From: Camelus dromedarius
Lineage: Eukaryota
Length of the DNA: 64,000 bases
Direction of reading: 5' to 3'
Assembly: GCF_036321535.1 (NCBI RefSeq)
Contig: NC_087443.1
Location: 67,766,001 to 67,830,000 of the forward strand
The position numbers and the translations under genes were made by a program. This document shows, piece after piece, positions 26,023 through 38,085 of the stretch. Numbering within the stretch: position 1 is the stretch's first letter; each line of letters starts with the position of its first letter. The notes below the pieces were generated by a model. That model saw nothing but the letters and a program-made list of their open reading frames with translations. It was not told the origin of the DNA and did no database searches.

Positions 26023-26525
26023 AGGTCTTATCCCGCAATAACTGTAGCCAACAGTTACTAATAATATTTTCATTTTACAGAGGGGAAGCTGAGTACAGAG
26101 CTTATAAACAGCAGAGTCAGGATTTGAACCCCAGGTTGGTGTTGGGGTTGGCGGGGTGCAAGTCCGATTTCAAAGCCCAAGCTACACTCACTGTACTGGA
26201 TGAGGCAATGTGTCCCGATTACGCCTGAGGTCTCCGAGGTCAGCCTGAAGTACCAGAACCTCTCTGCCTCAGTTTCCTCCTCTGTAAGTAGTGACCATAG
26301 CAGTGTCTGCCTCAGAGAGGTGAGAATTGAAGGAGCTCATACCCTAAGTCAAGGCATTGCCCTCAGATTCCTTACGCCTGAGGCACAGAGGTCTGAGGTG
26401 AGAGCTAGGATCAGAACCCCAGTGTACTATTTCCTGGTCCAGGACTCAACTCTTTGTAAAACCATGGGCCAATATCTTTGTGGGACCAGATGAGAAAGTA
26501 CAAAAAAAAAAAAAAAAAAATTACA

Positions 26526-26680
26526 GTGACAATGAATATATGTATGTTCATGTATAACTGAAAAATACTGCTCTACAGTGAAATGTGACACAACATTGTA
26601 AAATGACTATAACTCAGTAAAAAATGTTTCAAATAAATAAATAAGTTTGAAAAAAATTTTCAGAAGATATATTACTAAAA
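26526..26680 (+). mobile_element. 5'-truncated young L1 3' end (camelid-type)
   Basis: gacaatgaatatatgtatgttcatgtataactgaaaaatactgctctacagtgaaatgtgacacaacattgtaaaatgactataactcagtaaaaaa. Flanked on both sides by (A)n-ttaca. Confidence 0.75.
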
Positions 26681-26705
26681 AAAAAAAAAATTACAAACCA
26701 TTGCA

Positions 26706-26833
26706 GTGGAGAAGGTATAGCTCAGTGGTAGAATGTATGCTTAGCATGCACGAGGTCCTGGGTTCAACCCCCAGTACCTCCATTACAAGTAAATAAATAA
26801 ATAGACTTAATTACTTCCTCAAAAAAAAATAAA
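26706..26833 (+). mobile_element. tRNA-Ala-derived SINE (Vic-1 type)
   Basis: ggagaaggtatagctcagtggtagaatgtatgcttagcatgcacgaggtcctgggttcaacccccagtacctcca plus A-rich tail. Confidence 0.92.
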
Positions 26834-27574
26834 GCCCACATTGTAGGAGTCCTCACCCCTAGTGAGGAAAAGCAGGTTATGACTTTTCTATGTGTGCTTG
26901 TGTCTGCAGAGCTAAAATTCAAAATATGAAACAAACTTTTGGGCTCAGACATAACCAATCAGTGCTGGAGCAGGGTTCTGAAGACTCCTTTCCCATAAGC
27001 TAGGCATTAACCCTGTAATGACTAAATATTCAGAAGGTCTAGAGGAGTGGGGTCCTGGGTGAAGGGCAGGGGTAGCAAGGGAGCTCAGAGCAGTGGCTCT
27101 TTGCCATCCAGGACAGACACATTTTAATATTTTAACAGCCAGCACAGCCATATCCTCAGACTCATTTATCAGGGTGTTCACCTAACAGTCTGTCTCCACC
27201 CACTAAAAAGAAGAAAGGTTGAGGGATGGTGTGTTTGAGCCATGCCTGGTTGAATCCCCTGTAAACTGTGGAACAGTACAGGAATCATAACTGCTACAAT
27301 TAAACAGTCAGATATGCTGGCGCCAGTTCCTGCCAATCATGAGAGTTCCTTGCCATCAAAGTCTCATAAAACATCGTTAGCTCACGTTATTGTGAGTTCA
27401 ACAAATTTAGAATAGCTGTGCTATGCTGCCTCAAACAGGAAGAATAACTGTGAAAGGCTTTTAGAAAGCTTGGAGTGGACATTGGCGGGGGCTTTGTTGT
27501 TAGTCCAGTTCTGCCCCTGACTGTGAGGGCTTGGGGAAACCACTCCTTGATTTTGAGTTTGTAGAGTCAAAGAA

Positions 27575-28120
27575 CTGGGTGATACATTAGACATGGCTCT
27601 TTTGGTTACAAATGAAAACAACCAACTTAAACAGGCTTAAGCCAAAATCTGGATTTATTAGCTCACATAACTGAAAAGTTCAAAGATTAAGTTAGCATCA
27701 GGTACAGCTGGATCCAGGGGCCCAAACAAAGCTCCTTTGATTTTGTCTTTTCCTTACACTTCCATACTCAGGCATGCTCATTCTGTGTGGTAACCCAGGA
27801 GCTCTAGCCCGACATGACCCTTACAGCTGATAATTCCATCAGAGATAAAACTTCTTTATCCCAATAGTTAAAAAAATTCTCATTGAACTAGTGTGAGTCA
27901 CGTGTACATCCTAAACAAATCATCAGACTTGGAGAGTCAGAATACGCCCATTGACCAGGACTGGGTGATATGTCCAGCCCTTGGAGTCAAGGGGTAGGTC
28001 AGCCCCATCCAAAGGTCTGAGGGTACAAGAGTGTTGATTTCCCAAAGAAAATCAGGGTGCTGTAAGCAAAAGAAGGGAGCAAGGATCCTGGGAAGGCACA
28101 AATAGCAGGTGTCCACTACA
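27575..28120 (-). mobile_element. MLT1K/L-like MaLR solo LTR
   Basis: ttggttacaaatgaaaacaaccaacttaaacaggcttaagc...atttattagctcacataactgaaaag...ttcccaaagaaaatcagggtgctg. Confidence 0.75.
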
Positions 28121-29155
28121 GATGACTCTCAGGTGACTTCCGTTCTAAAGGTCTATGATTTAGGGAATAAACTTTTCTGCTTTCTCTCCTTTGATAGCTT
28201 ACAAAGAAGAGTACATGGAGGAGAAGGTAGGGTTCTCCTTCAGCTCCTTTCTGTTTCTTATTCCACCCATGTTATCACTGTCATGTGTCCCCTTGGGAAG
28301 AGATCAAAATGGAGAGCTGACTGTGTAAAAAGTCATAAAGCCACTCTTCAGTGGGATTTACGGAAGACATTCTGGGCCATCATTACTGAAAAGCAGGTCT
28401 CCATGAAAGAGTGACTCCACACTGATCATTGTAAAGAAGAAGGGTGCATGTGGCAGCATCCCCTGCTATCTGAGAAGCCACATTTTCAGTCGTACAGCAA
28501 CATTTTGCTCGTCTCCTTTCCCACAGCATTTACCCTGAAGAGTCCTCTGGTCTTTAAATCAAGCTCCAGGCTGATTTGTACGCTGTAATGGTGATATGCA
28601 TTGTCTGGCTCTAACCAGACTCAAACACCAAACGGTGAACTTGTTTGAGAAGGTGCAGTTTTCTGAGCAACAGTAGAAAGGAAAATGTTAATAAAGGGCA
28701 GTCCACTGAGCGGAGGTTAAATACTTTCATACTTCTCAACTAACCCAGAAACTTCCCTGAATTCTCATTTAAAAAAAAAAGTTCTCTGTAATCTGATGTT
28801 TTACCTCATTAAATGCTGCAATTTGAGAAGCAAGGAAAGGACGGAGTTGAAAATTGGCACCTGGTTCAGGTCACTGAGCTGCTATTCGATGTCTGGAGTG
28901 CCTGGTTCCTCTGTAGGGGAAGGCTCCGCGGAGGGACAGGGAACTAACTGGGGATTTCCTGTCACCTCCCAGAGGCCTTTTCCTCTCTTGGCTCCAATCC
29001 ACAAAGCCCATTCTGGCCCCTTCCTCTGCAGCCCTCCTCAGCTGCCCCGTTACACTCCGCCCCTGCCTTTGGGGGACATGCCGCCATGTTGATTTTTGCA
29101 TCCTGGTGAAAAGGTTGAGAAATCCAGGAGCAGCTGGCTCCTCTTCCTTGAAAGC

Positions 29156-29205
29156 ATTTCATTTCATTTCATTTCATTTCATTTCATTTCATTTCATTTC
29201 ATTTC
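29156..29205. repeat. (ATTTC)10 perfect pentanucleotide microsatellite
   Basis: Counted directly. Confidence 0.95.
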
Positions 29206-29347
29206 ATTTTCTTCTGCCCCTGACTCATTTCCTCTTTCCCTCCTGTATTTCTACTGTTTTCTCCTATTTTTAATTTTCCTCCCTTCTTCAGTGGCAGTTC
29301 TTAAATTTCTAATAAGAAACTCTATATAGAAACAACTTTGAAAATTA

Positions 29348-29447
29348 GTAATGTAACATAACAAAAACCATTGACTTGTACACTTGAAATGGCTGAATTG
29401 TATGGCAGGAAAGCTGTATCTCAAAAAAGTTGTTTAAAAAAAAAAAG
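29348..29447 (+). mobile_element. L1 3' terminal fragment with A tail
   Basis: ttgacttgtacacttgaaatggctgaattgtatggcaggaaagctgtatctcaaaaaagttgtttaaaaaaaaaaa. Confidence 0.7.
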
Positions 29448-31124
29448 GTAAGAACCACAATCTGGCTGAACATGGGACTGAAGCAACATTTACACAGCAG
29501 TGCTGAGACAGAAGACTCACTAATGACCCACATCCCAAAATGGGTTGTACACTCGCCACGACTGTTCTTCCTCCTCTTCAAAGGCCAAGATGGCAGATGA
29601 GTTTGAGGTTATGGCCCAAGCTGGGGAATCCGTGTACAGACTATCCCTATGTGGGTGGCAATCATTCCCCCCCACCGCCACGTAAAGTCCTATTTCCTAA
29701 GCGTTCGGAGGCTCAGAGGTTAAATGAAAGTCGCCGTGGCTTCCGTTTCTCAGAACTACCTGGTTAAAAGGTGTATGACTCATATTTGTCAGGGAAAATG
29801 TGATTTATCGATCTTCTTTTCCTCGTTGGCATCGCTTCCTCCTCCTCTCCGTTTCTCGGAGGTGGCTCTGGGACTTGGCAACCTGAACCCAGCAATTTAC
29901 GGGGAAGCTCTGCAGGCTCTCTTGTTTGGCTGCGGTGGCCACACTCGGAGAGAAGTCTCGGGGCTCCCCTCTGCTACCCCGGGTTCCCACACGCCACCTG
30001 CCCCCACTCACACACCCTCAGCTCGATAGGAAATTCGCCACTTTATGGCCTGGCGTAAAAGTGCCATTCTGAATAAACACAAAAGCAATCAAATGGTCTC
30101 GAGTTGTTGGTCTTAAATATCAGTCATGCTTCATCGCAGGCGAACGGGGCCTGTTGTGGGCATGATATCGTCATATAAAAAGTGAGGGCCTTAGGGGCAT
30201 CTTAATGAGGTGATAATGAGGAAAAAAGTGCTCTGGCCTGAGGGGGCCTGGCATTCACTATAACGTTCAAAGTGGGTTTAATCTTCTATCGGACTCCGTG
30301 CTGTACAGTATTAAGAAGAAAGGGGGAGAGACGTGAAGATGGCATCGTGGTAGGTGTGTGCGCGCATGTGCTTGTGTGCACGCATGCGCAGTGTTTTTGA
30401 ATTGTGTGTCCTCCTCGACCTCATGGCTCCTGAAGACCTGCCCGTAAGGTCATGAGGCTTTTCTTTTTATGCAGATTACCCGAGTCCTCGAGCAAGGAGC
30501 TTCCTTCTCCAATATCCAGAGCTCTTTATGTTCCCTTGCTCTGCGTGGATGCTGCCTTCCTTGCAGTATTATGCTGTGGTTGTTTTTCTGCTTTGCTTTC
30601 TAAGATGCCCTTTGTTTCTCCTGAAGACCTGCCATTATTTCAAAACCTTTTCTCTTTATGTGATGCATTATGGAGCAATCAGGCGAGGGAGCTTCCTATT
30701 TGGCCACACAGATGGTCTTTATTCTCCCTTCCTCCTTTCTTTTCAGACACTCAGAATAACCAGGTAGTTGAGAAAGTTCTTTGAAATGGGAAAGTAGTGA
30801 CAAACCCTTTACTGAGTGATTTAACCTCTTTGGGGGAGAAAAAGATTGTCTCAAACCAAGGTGGCATTGTTGTTACTATTGAATAAGAACAGTATCTGAG
30901 TTAAATTATTCATTCATTCATTTGTAACCTGAATGTTCCCTTGGGGGCATGGGACATCTTATTTATATCTATGCCAAAAATTACATTTGCTCTGAGTCTT
31001 CACGCATTTTACTAACAGGATTCCAGAGACTTTTTAAAAGTGGTTCTCCTATTCAAAGAATTCCAAGATTTTCTGAGTCATGGCCATGAATCAGTCCTCA
31101 TTTTTGCTCCCTTGCTGCCACTGT

Positions 31125-31560
31125 GAATTCATTCATTCTACAATCCATCATCCATCCATCCATTCATTCATCGATCCATTTATTTGCCCATCCATCCATC
31201 TATCCCTTTGTCCATCCATCTGTCCACTCATTTACTCATTCAACAAATATTTATTGAGCATTTAGTATGAACTAGGTATTTAGCTAGTGACTTACCTAGG
31301 GATATAGTGATGAGTGTGGATATCTGCTCCCTGGGAGGACGCAGCCTTGTGAGGAATACAGACAAAGAAATAGACACACAGTAGTGTCAAGTCCAGTGCA
31401 GAGCTCACTGGGAGCACAAAAAAGGGGACACTGGCCAGAGGGGCTCAGAGTAGGTGCCCCTAAGGAAATGCTTTCTAAGCCTAGAGCTAAAGGATGAGAA
31501 GAAGGAGGAAGGGAAGTGGGACATTTTTCAAAAAACAAAACAAAACAAACAAACAAAAAC
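31125..31560 (-). mobile_element. L2 3' end with expanded (TCCA/TTCA)n tail
   Basis: cattcattc...tccatccatcc...tcattcaacaaatatttattgagcattt. Confidence 0.7.
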
Positions 31561-31944
31561 AAGTGTATGAACTACTCTACTGGGCAAAGGAGTTCATCTT
31601 GCTGCTCCCTGAGCCTCTTAAGTCATGACGGGTTTTCATGTAGAAAGAACATGGATTTGGAGACAAACAGACCTTCGTGTCTTAGGACAATTTGCTTAAA
31701 CTTTTCTTGGTCTTGGTCGCCTCGTTTGTAGTAAGAGCAAGATAATAATTCCTAGCCCACAGTATTGTTGGGGTGATTAGATGTGTTATAGGCAAAACCC
31801 CCCAGCACAGAAAAGGTAGTTTTTATTACTATGAAAAGCACAAAAATGTATCAAGGTTCTTAAGGGTGGAGGTGGGGGTGGGGTGAGCCTTCCCCGGAAG
31901 CTTTGTTTTTTTTTTTTAAAGTAAGAACAAATAAACAAACACAC

Positions 31945-32060
31945 CCAGGCGTCATTCCAGGAGACTCTGAGTCACTAGGTCTGGGGTGGGTCTCTAGCAT
32001 CTGGATTTTTCTAAAAGCTCTGTAGGTGATTCTGATGTTAGCCATGGTTGTGAATCTCTG
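31945..32060. mobile_element. MER5A-type hAT fragment
   Basis: ccaggagactctgagtcactaggtctggggtggg...ggtgattctgatg. Confidence 0.65.
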
Positions 32061-32811
32061 CCTATATGCGTGCACGTAGCTGCCACGTTAAGTACATGGA
32101 AACCACAACAGAGAACCTATAACCGTGATTTAAAGTAACTATTAAACCGAGTTGGAACAGCACACTGATGGTCAGTAACCATCCTCCCTGGGTAATTGAG
32201 AAGGGACTTAGGAATCAGTGAAAGTTGAGCCATAGAATTTCTAAGGCTCTTAGAAATGCTATCTGTAAAAATGTCTGGCTTGAGTCAGAGTGGAATTTAG
32301 CTGTCATATTTTTCTTGCCTGACCACCATAACCCTTTGGTAATTGATCTAGTAAATTAGTAACTTATATCATACAGCAGCTTAAACTTTCTAGAGTTCAC
32401 GATTGCTTGCTGAAAATAGCCATCTGGCAGTAGAACTTCCAGTGTAACCAGGAAAGGAGAATTCAGACAGGCATTTGCTCGTGAAAAGTCTCAGTACTTC
32501 AGTCCCCGGTCTGAAATTTCAGTTGTTCAGGGTGGAATTCTTCAGGGTCTGTTTGTCAGTGTTCCCTGCTGGCTGTTTGCCTCTCATTCACTCCCTCCCT
32601 GGAAGACGGTACAATGCAATATGGCTACCGTTTGGATTTGCCTGGAGCTTGCGGACAGTCACCTCTTACAAATTGCTGGAAAAGCCTCAGGAATTAGCAA
32701 GCATTGGTCTTCAGAGGTGGCCTTGTTGCTCTGGAGATAGAATAAGAGGAGATGAAATCTTCTAGATTTGGCCTGAATCAATCCAAAAAAAGAAGAAGCC
32801 TACTATCCAAC

Positions 32812-32940
32812 CGTCTCCAAATATGGTTCAAGGCACCTGCCTGGGAATCACCTGGGGGAGCTTAGGAACCATGCAGATTCCTGGGCACCATCCCAGCCTT
32901 ACTGAGTCTAGTCTGAATTTCTGGGGAGGAGGGCCAAAGC
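32812..32940. mobile_element. MER5A-type hAT fragment
   Basis: gaatcacctgggggagcttaggaaccatgcagattcctgggcaccatcccag. Confidence 0.65.
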
Positions 32941-34740
32941 TTGCTCCCGATGTTTATGGTCACAACCACCTTATGAGAAGTGACAGCTCTTTTTAGTACA
33001 CCCTTCTTTTGCCACCAGTGGAATGATACTTATGCATTTACATTCAGGAAAAAATTGTACAGGTTAAGAGTACGAGGCATGGAGTCACCCATTTCTTCTC
33101 CCCGTTCCTTTGCCAGTTCCCATGGAGAAGTCCTATTCGCTTTTTGGACTTCAGTTACCTTTTCCATAAATGCCACTAACAGGTATCATAATTAAAAAGG
33201 AAGTTATAATTCCTATCCTCCTTACCTTAAAGGCCAAATGAGAAATGGATATGAAAACACTTTGAAAACTAAAAACACACAGTTCTATCATTACAGTTAT
33301 TTTATATGTGAAGGATCTGCAATTTCGAGATGTCCAACTAACAGTTTTCCAGGCCAAATGCTAACCAGGCTTCTTAATTTGGCTGTTTTCATTTTTATTC
33401 AAAGGCAGGAGAGGATACTTCCACACTCAATGAGCCATCTCGCTCTAAGCATAAATAAGACAGTTCAGATGTTGCAAAGAAACAGACAGGGATCACTAAA
33501 GACCTTCACATATCAGTCCAGAATTCTGTAATTCACATTTAGAGCAACTGGTGTGGGGAGGCTCAAGTAAATATGTTCCCCAAAGTCTATTATGTTATCT
33601 ACATCCAGGAAGCTGCTTAAGCCAGCGCTTCCTCAAACTAAAGCAATGTCCACTATCTTTGACTGCTTGCCTACTGAATTTTTTTTTTCCCTGTTTCTGG
33701 CAAATAAATAAATATCTGACTGCGGAACAAGCCAGCTTGATGCATTTTGTGACAGATCTTTCCCAACATTTTAATCTCTCAAGCCCCAGACATGAATCCT
33801 CAAGAGAGGAGGAAAGTATCTAAAATTTAATTGATATATTAAGAACCCTCTATAATCTGCCTTCAATTATCCATCTGAGGCTTCAGTCTAAGGAAGGAGG
33901 CTGTCTCCTTCTCAAGCTGCATTCCCTGACGTTTCTGCAAGTTTACAAGGAGACTGATGGAGATGACTGATGAGTAATGCATGAAGTAGTCCTGTATACG
34001 GCTGTCCGTATTTAGTCACTGAGGTCTCCTGACACCATTTCTCTGGCATAATTCTACAGGTGTCTACCCAATTTTTTGCTTTGAATAGATCTGTGTTCCA
34101 GGCCTAGAAGAAGTAACCACTGATGACAGAACTCTTGAAAAGTACCTATCCAGCCCTGGTAGGAAATGAGGAAAAGGTGGTGAAAAAGTAAGAGAAAGGT
34201 AAGAGGGAAAGGGGTCCCTGATGTCCTCTTTGGAGGATGAAATGCTTGCCTGGACTAAAACGAGTCCTCACGTTCATTTTGCTCATCCACTCAGTGGTCC
34301 ATTTCATTCATTTGTTCATGCGGGGCGGGGCGGGGCGGGGCAGGATGCTCTGTGTTCTGCCCGGGTGAAGGTCACTTACACACTGCCGCAGCCTGGGTTT
34401 GTGGCTGCAGTATTTACAAGCCGGGGAAGTTTTCTTCTTGCTTTGTTTGGGAGAACAAAGGTCTGTAAGCCAAACCCGCTAAAGCAACAGGGGAAGAAAA
34501 TCCAGTTCCACCTGGCTCCTCCTTGAACAGGTTCCCACTCCTTCTGGGGCAGGTGGGGCAGTCAGAGCCCCTAAACACTGGCTTGGAAAGGAAAATCCTG
34601 GAATCGTTTGATCCAGCTCTCAGAACTGTATTCTTCCAGGAACTAGAAGGTGACCTCCAGGGAGTTAACCCTTTTGTTCACAAGTTGAGGATGCAAGACC
34701 TTCAAAGCATTGAGAGGACATACTATATGAACTTGAAAAT

Positions 34741-34785
34741 GATGATGACGATGACGACGACGATGATGATGACGATGATGATGAT
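34741..34785. repeat. (GAT/GAC)15 trinucleotide microsatellite at a MIR tail
   Basis: gatgatgacgatgacgacgacgatgatgatgacgatgatgatgat, counted directly. Confidence 0.9.
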
Positions 34786-35000
34786 AAACAGCTCCCACTT
34801 CTTGAGCCGTCACTAAGTGGCGGGCACGATGCTTTGTGCTTTATATATGTGATCTCACTGCATCCTCACAACAACAGTCTGAGGTGGATACAATTATTAT
34901 TCGCATTTCATAGATAAGAAAACTAGGATCAGGAAAGTTAAGAATTGTGTTCAAAGTTGTACACCTAGTAGATAACACAGCTGGGCCAGCGTCTGTTTAT
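34786..35000 (-). mobile_element. MIR SINE
   Basis: gctttacatgc-like start, tgcatcctcacaacaacagtctgaggtgg...catttcatagataagaaaact. Confidence 0.75.
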
Positions 35001-36202
35001 CCTCTTTCTCTACCCTTGATCCACAGGGATGATAAAATTAAATGTGCTCCCTCTACTTAAAGCATCCCTTGTGGCTTCTACTCTACATTTTTCTGTGTTA
35101 GATTATCCGGGAGTTTTTTTGTGTGGTGAAGATGGTCCTTCAGGTCTGATTAGACTTTTTTGGTTCCAGAGTTTCACTGATGAAGGGAGACACAAAGGAA
35201 ATGTGAACTGGAGTATTCTTTGGCCAGAGTCTTGAGGCCACCCAGGGACCAGCTAGCTTTCAGCCCTAAAGACCCCAAAACTCAAGATCCCAGCTGGGTG
35301 AGCACAGGCAGTGAGAGGCATGGACAAAAGGACAGAAAAGACAAAAGAGGAAACACCAAGTCAACCCATGGGAACCAAGGAGAAAGCAGAGAATGTCCAT
35401 CCTGCGGGCCAGGTCTACATCTTTTCAGATTCTTCAGTGGTGATTGACTTTTATCTTCACAACTAAGTCTGGTGAACCAGGCTGGGAACAGAGGTGAGAA
35501 ATGCCTCTGCATGTCAAAAAAAAAGACCCCAAAACACACATACACACAAAACAGAACTCATGACAAGTGATGAGTTTTTAGGAAGTTGAACATGGCACAA
35601 CACTGGAATAAATGTCTCACTTCCTTTGAAAAGACACAGCGTCCATCTAGATATTTCTACGTGGTTGTCTCTGTTAACAAATCAAATGTAAGATTTCCTT
35701 GTCCCATCCTGTTTGATGTGGAATGCTATGTTTGCATCCTAAGTATCTGGAACTGAGTACACACTGACTAAATGTGTGTGGTTTAAATGAAGAGCACAGC
35801 ACTTACATCCGGGAGGGATCAAGCTTGGGAGATAACAGAGCAGCCCAGGGGGACAGAAGAGAACCAGTGGGCAGGCAGAATGGTTGGGCCACTGATTAAG
35901 CAGGTAGAGAAGGACTAAGTAGATGGTCTCATTTGGAAAGTCTGACAGCGTAGAAAGAAGTGGCGTGTAGGGACTGTAAGTCTAGAGAACTAAGCCAGAC
36001 TGTGAGCTGGAGATGAAAACTGAGAGAGCGCCAGGGATGGTGCTTGGATGTCAAGGAAGGACCCAAGTGTTACACTGTAATGGGAAGAATCGAGGTTTCA
36101 GAGTTAGACAAACCAAGATTGCTTCCTGCCTCTTCTACCTACTGGCCTGAGCTTCAGTTTAGTTACTCTTATCTACAAAGTAGAAGTAATAAAGCCAGTC
36201 TG

Positions 36203-36815
36203 GGCTGATTACTGATGTGTAGCAAAGCATCTCAACAATTTAGTGGTTTAAAACAAGAGCTGTTTTATTACATCTTGCAATTCTAGGCAGGGCTTGGCTG
36301 GGCAATTCTTCTGTTCCAAGCAACATCAATGGCGGTCACTTGGAGGTGTTCTGCTGGCTGGTAGGCTGCTGTGGAGGGTCTTGATGGCATCATCGCTTAA
36401 CAAGGTTGGCTGGCAGGCTCAGCTCAGCCGGGACAGTCAGTCAGAGCACCTACACCAGCACTTCCGGCATGGTGGCCTTAGGATAGCCGAGCTGCTTACG
36501 TGGCTCCAGTGGACAAGGAGAAAGCCGCTCGGCTTTTTGTGACTGAGCCTTTCACTGCACTCTGTTGGTTAAAGTACTCAGGACTCCACCCAGATCCAAA
36601 AGGGAGACACATAGATCCCACCACTTTTTTTTTTAATGAATTATTTTAAGAGAAAATTAAATTGTTATCATTTATGCGTACACCTTCATAAATTATTGTT
36701 AAGCTCAGTGATTGTGAAACCTTATTGATTAGACATAAGCAGAAAGATGAATTATGAAATAACAACCTCATCTCTTGATGGGAAAAGCATTGAAGAAGCT
36801 GCAGCCATGTTTTAA
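36203..36815 (-). mobile_element. MLT1F-like MaLR solo LTR containing a poly(A)-tailed insert
   Basis: tttagtggtttaaaacaag...gggcttggctgggcaattcttctgttcca...cagatccaaaaggg...cttgatgggaaaagc...gcagccatgttttaa. Confidence 0.75.
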
Positions 36816-36970
36816 GACTGATAACAGTACCTCATAGTGAAGATTAAATGGAAAGTATTTAGCACAACGTCTGGCACACAGTAGGAGCTTATAATGTCAA
36901 TGTCCCTTCCTCATCTTCTATGCACAGGTAGAAGAAAAATCTAAGTACGTGATCACACAGCAAGACGACC

Positions 36971-37590
36971 TGTATCAATTAGGATGTCTTCTAGCGGCGC
37001 TGGGCTGTGCCGGATCTAGCCCTCGCCCCTCCTCCATTCTCGGTTCACAGAGTAGTGCTCCAAATTGTCTGTGCTCTCTTCTTCTCGGAGTTCCCCATCC
37101 CCACTGTTCTCTACAGCTGCAAAACACACTACCCCAATACTTAATGGTTTAAAATGATGACAAAATTTATTTTGCTCATAAATATGCAGTTTGGGCTGGG
37201 CCAGGTAAGGACAGTTCATCTCTGCTCCACTTGGCGTCAGCGGGAGCAGCTCAAAGGCCAGGGCTGAAATCATCCAAAGGCTCGTTCACTCGTGTCTGCA
37301 GGGAGATGCCTTTGGCCGCTGAGTCTTCAGCTGGAACTTTTCATGTGGCTGCGTGGCTGCCTCACAGCATGGAGGCTAGCTCCCAAGGGGACCGAGTGAA
37401 AGATTTTTAGATTTAGTCTCGAAAGGCATATGGCATCACCTCTGCTGGAGCCACAGACCCACTGAGATTCAAAAGGAGGAAACATAGACCCTACCTCTCG
37501 ATGGGTAAGTATCAGGGTCACGTTGTGAGAAGAGCTGTGTGGTATCCCTTAGTGATGCAGCCATCTGTGGAAAATAGCATCTGAGACACA
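36971..37590 (-). mobile_element. MLT1F-like MaLR solo LTR containing a CpG-rich insert
   Basis: tgtatcaattagg...ctaccccaatacttaatggtttaaaatga...catctctgctccacttggcgtcagc...gattcaaaaggaggaaacatagaccctacctctcgatggg. Confidence 0.75.
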
Positions 37591-38085
37591 CACCTGCTTC
37601 CTCAGCCCATGGGGCCTTTGCACATTCTGTTTCCTCTACCCCTAATTAAGGCCTGCTCATCCCTCCTATCTCAGCTGAGTCATCATTTCTTCAAGGAAGC
37701 CTTCCTGAGCTCCCTGACCAGGTCATTTCCCCTTTGTTTATGGTTTCTGATTCCTATCACAGTTATGTTTTACATATGTACAAAATATGGATTGTAATTC
37801 TTATCATGGTTGTATTTTATATATGTGCATATAAATATGTGCATACAATTATGTATGTGTGTACATATATACATAAATATATACAGACAGACATAGATGT
37901 ATATGTGGACCCACAGACACACACACACACCCCCCCCAGTGTCTGTCTCTCTTTTAGGTGGTAAGCCTCACATAAAGAGGAGCTACAGAGTTCATCTGGT
38001 TTTGCTCATCACTCTATTCTCAGTGCCCAGTATAGGGACTGGGACTGGAGTATAGAAGGTGCTCACATATTTGTTGAATGAAAAA
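37590..38085 (+). mobile_element. L2 3' end with an embedded TA/CA low-complexity tract
   Basis: ctcagcccatggggcctttgcacattctgtttcctctaccc...gaagccttcctgagc...ggtgctcacatatttgttgaatgaa. Confidence 0.7.

Noticed and set aside
28590-28650. Adjacent small hairpins (gtctgg/ccagac and ctcaaac/gtttgag) suggesting a structured RNA
   Set aside because: Stems of 6-7 bp are expected by chance, and there is no promoter, terminator or family motif.
34523-34816. ORF with poly-Met/Thr (poly-Asp in another frame)
   Set aside because: Translation of the (GAT/GAC)n microsatellite.
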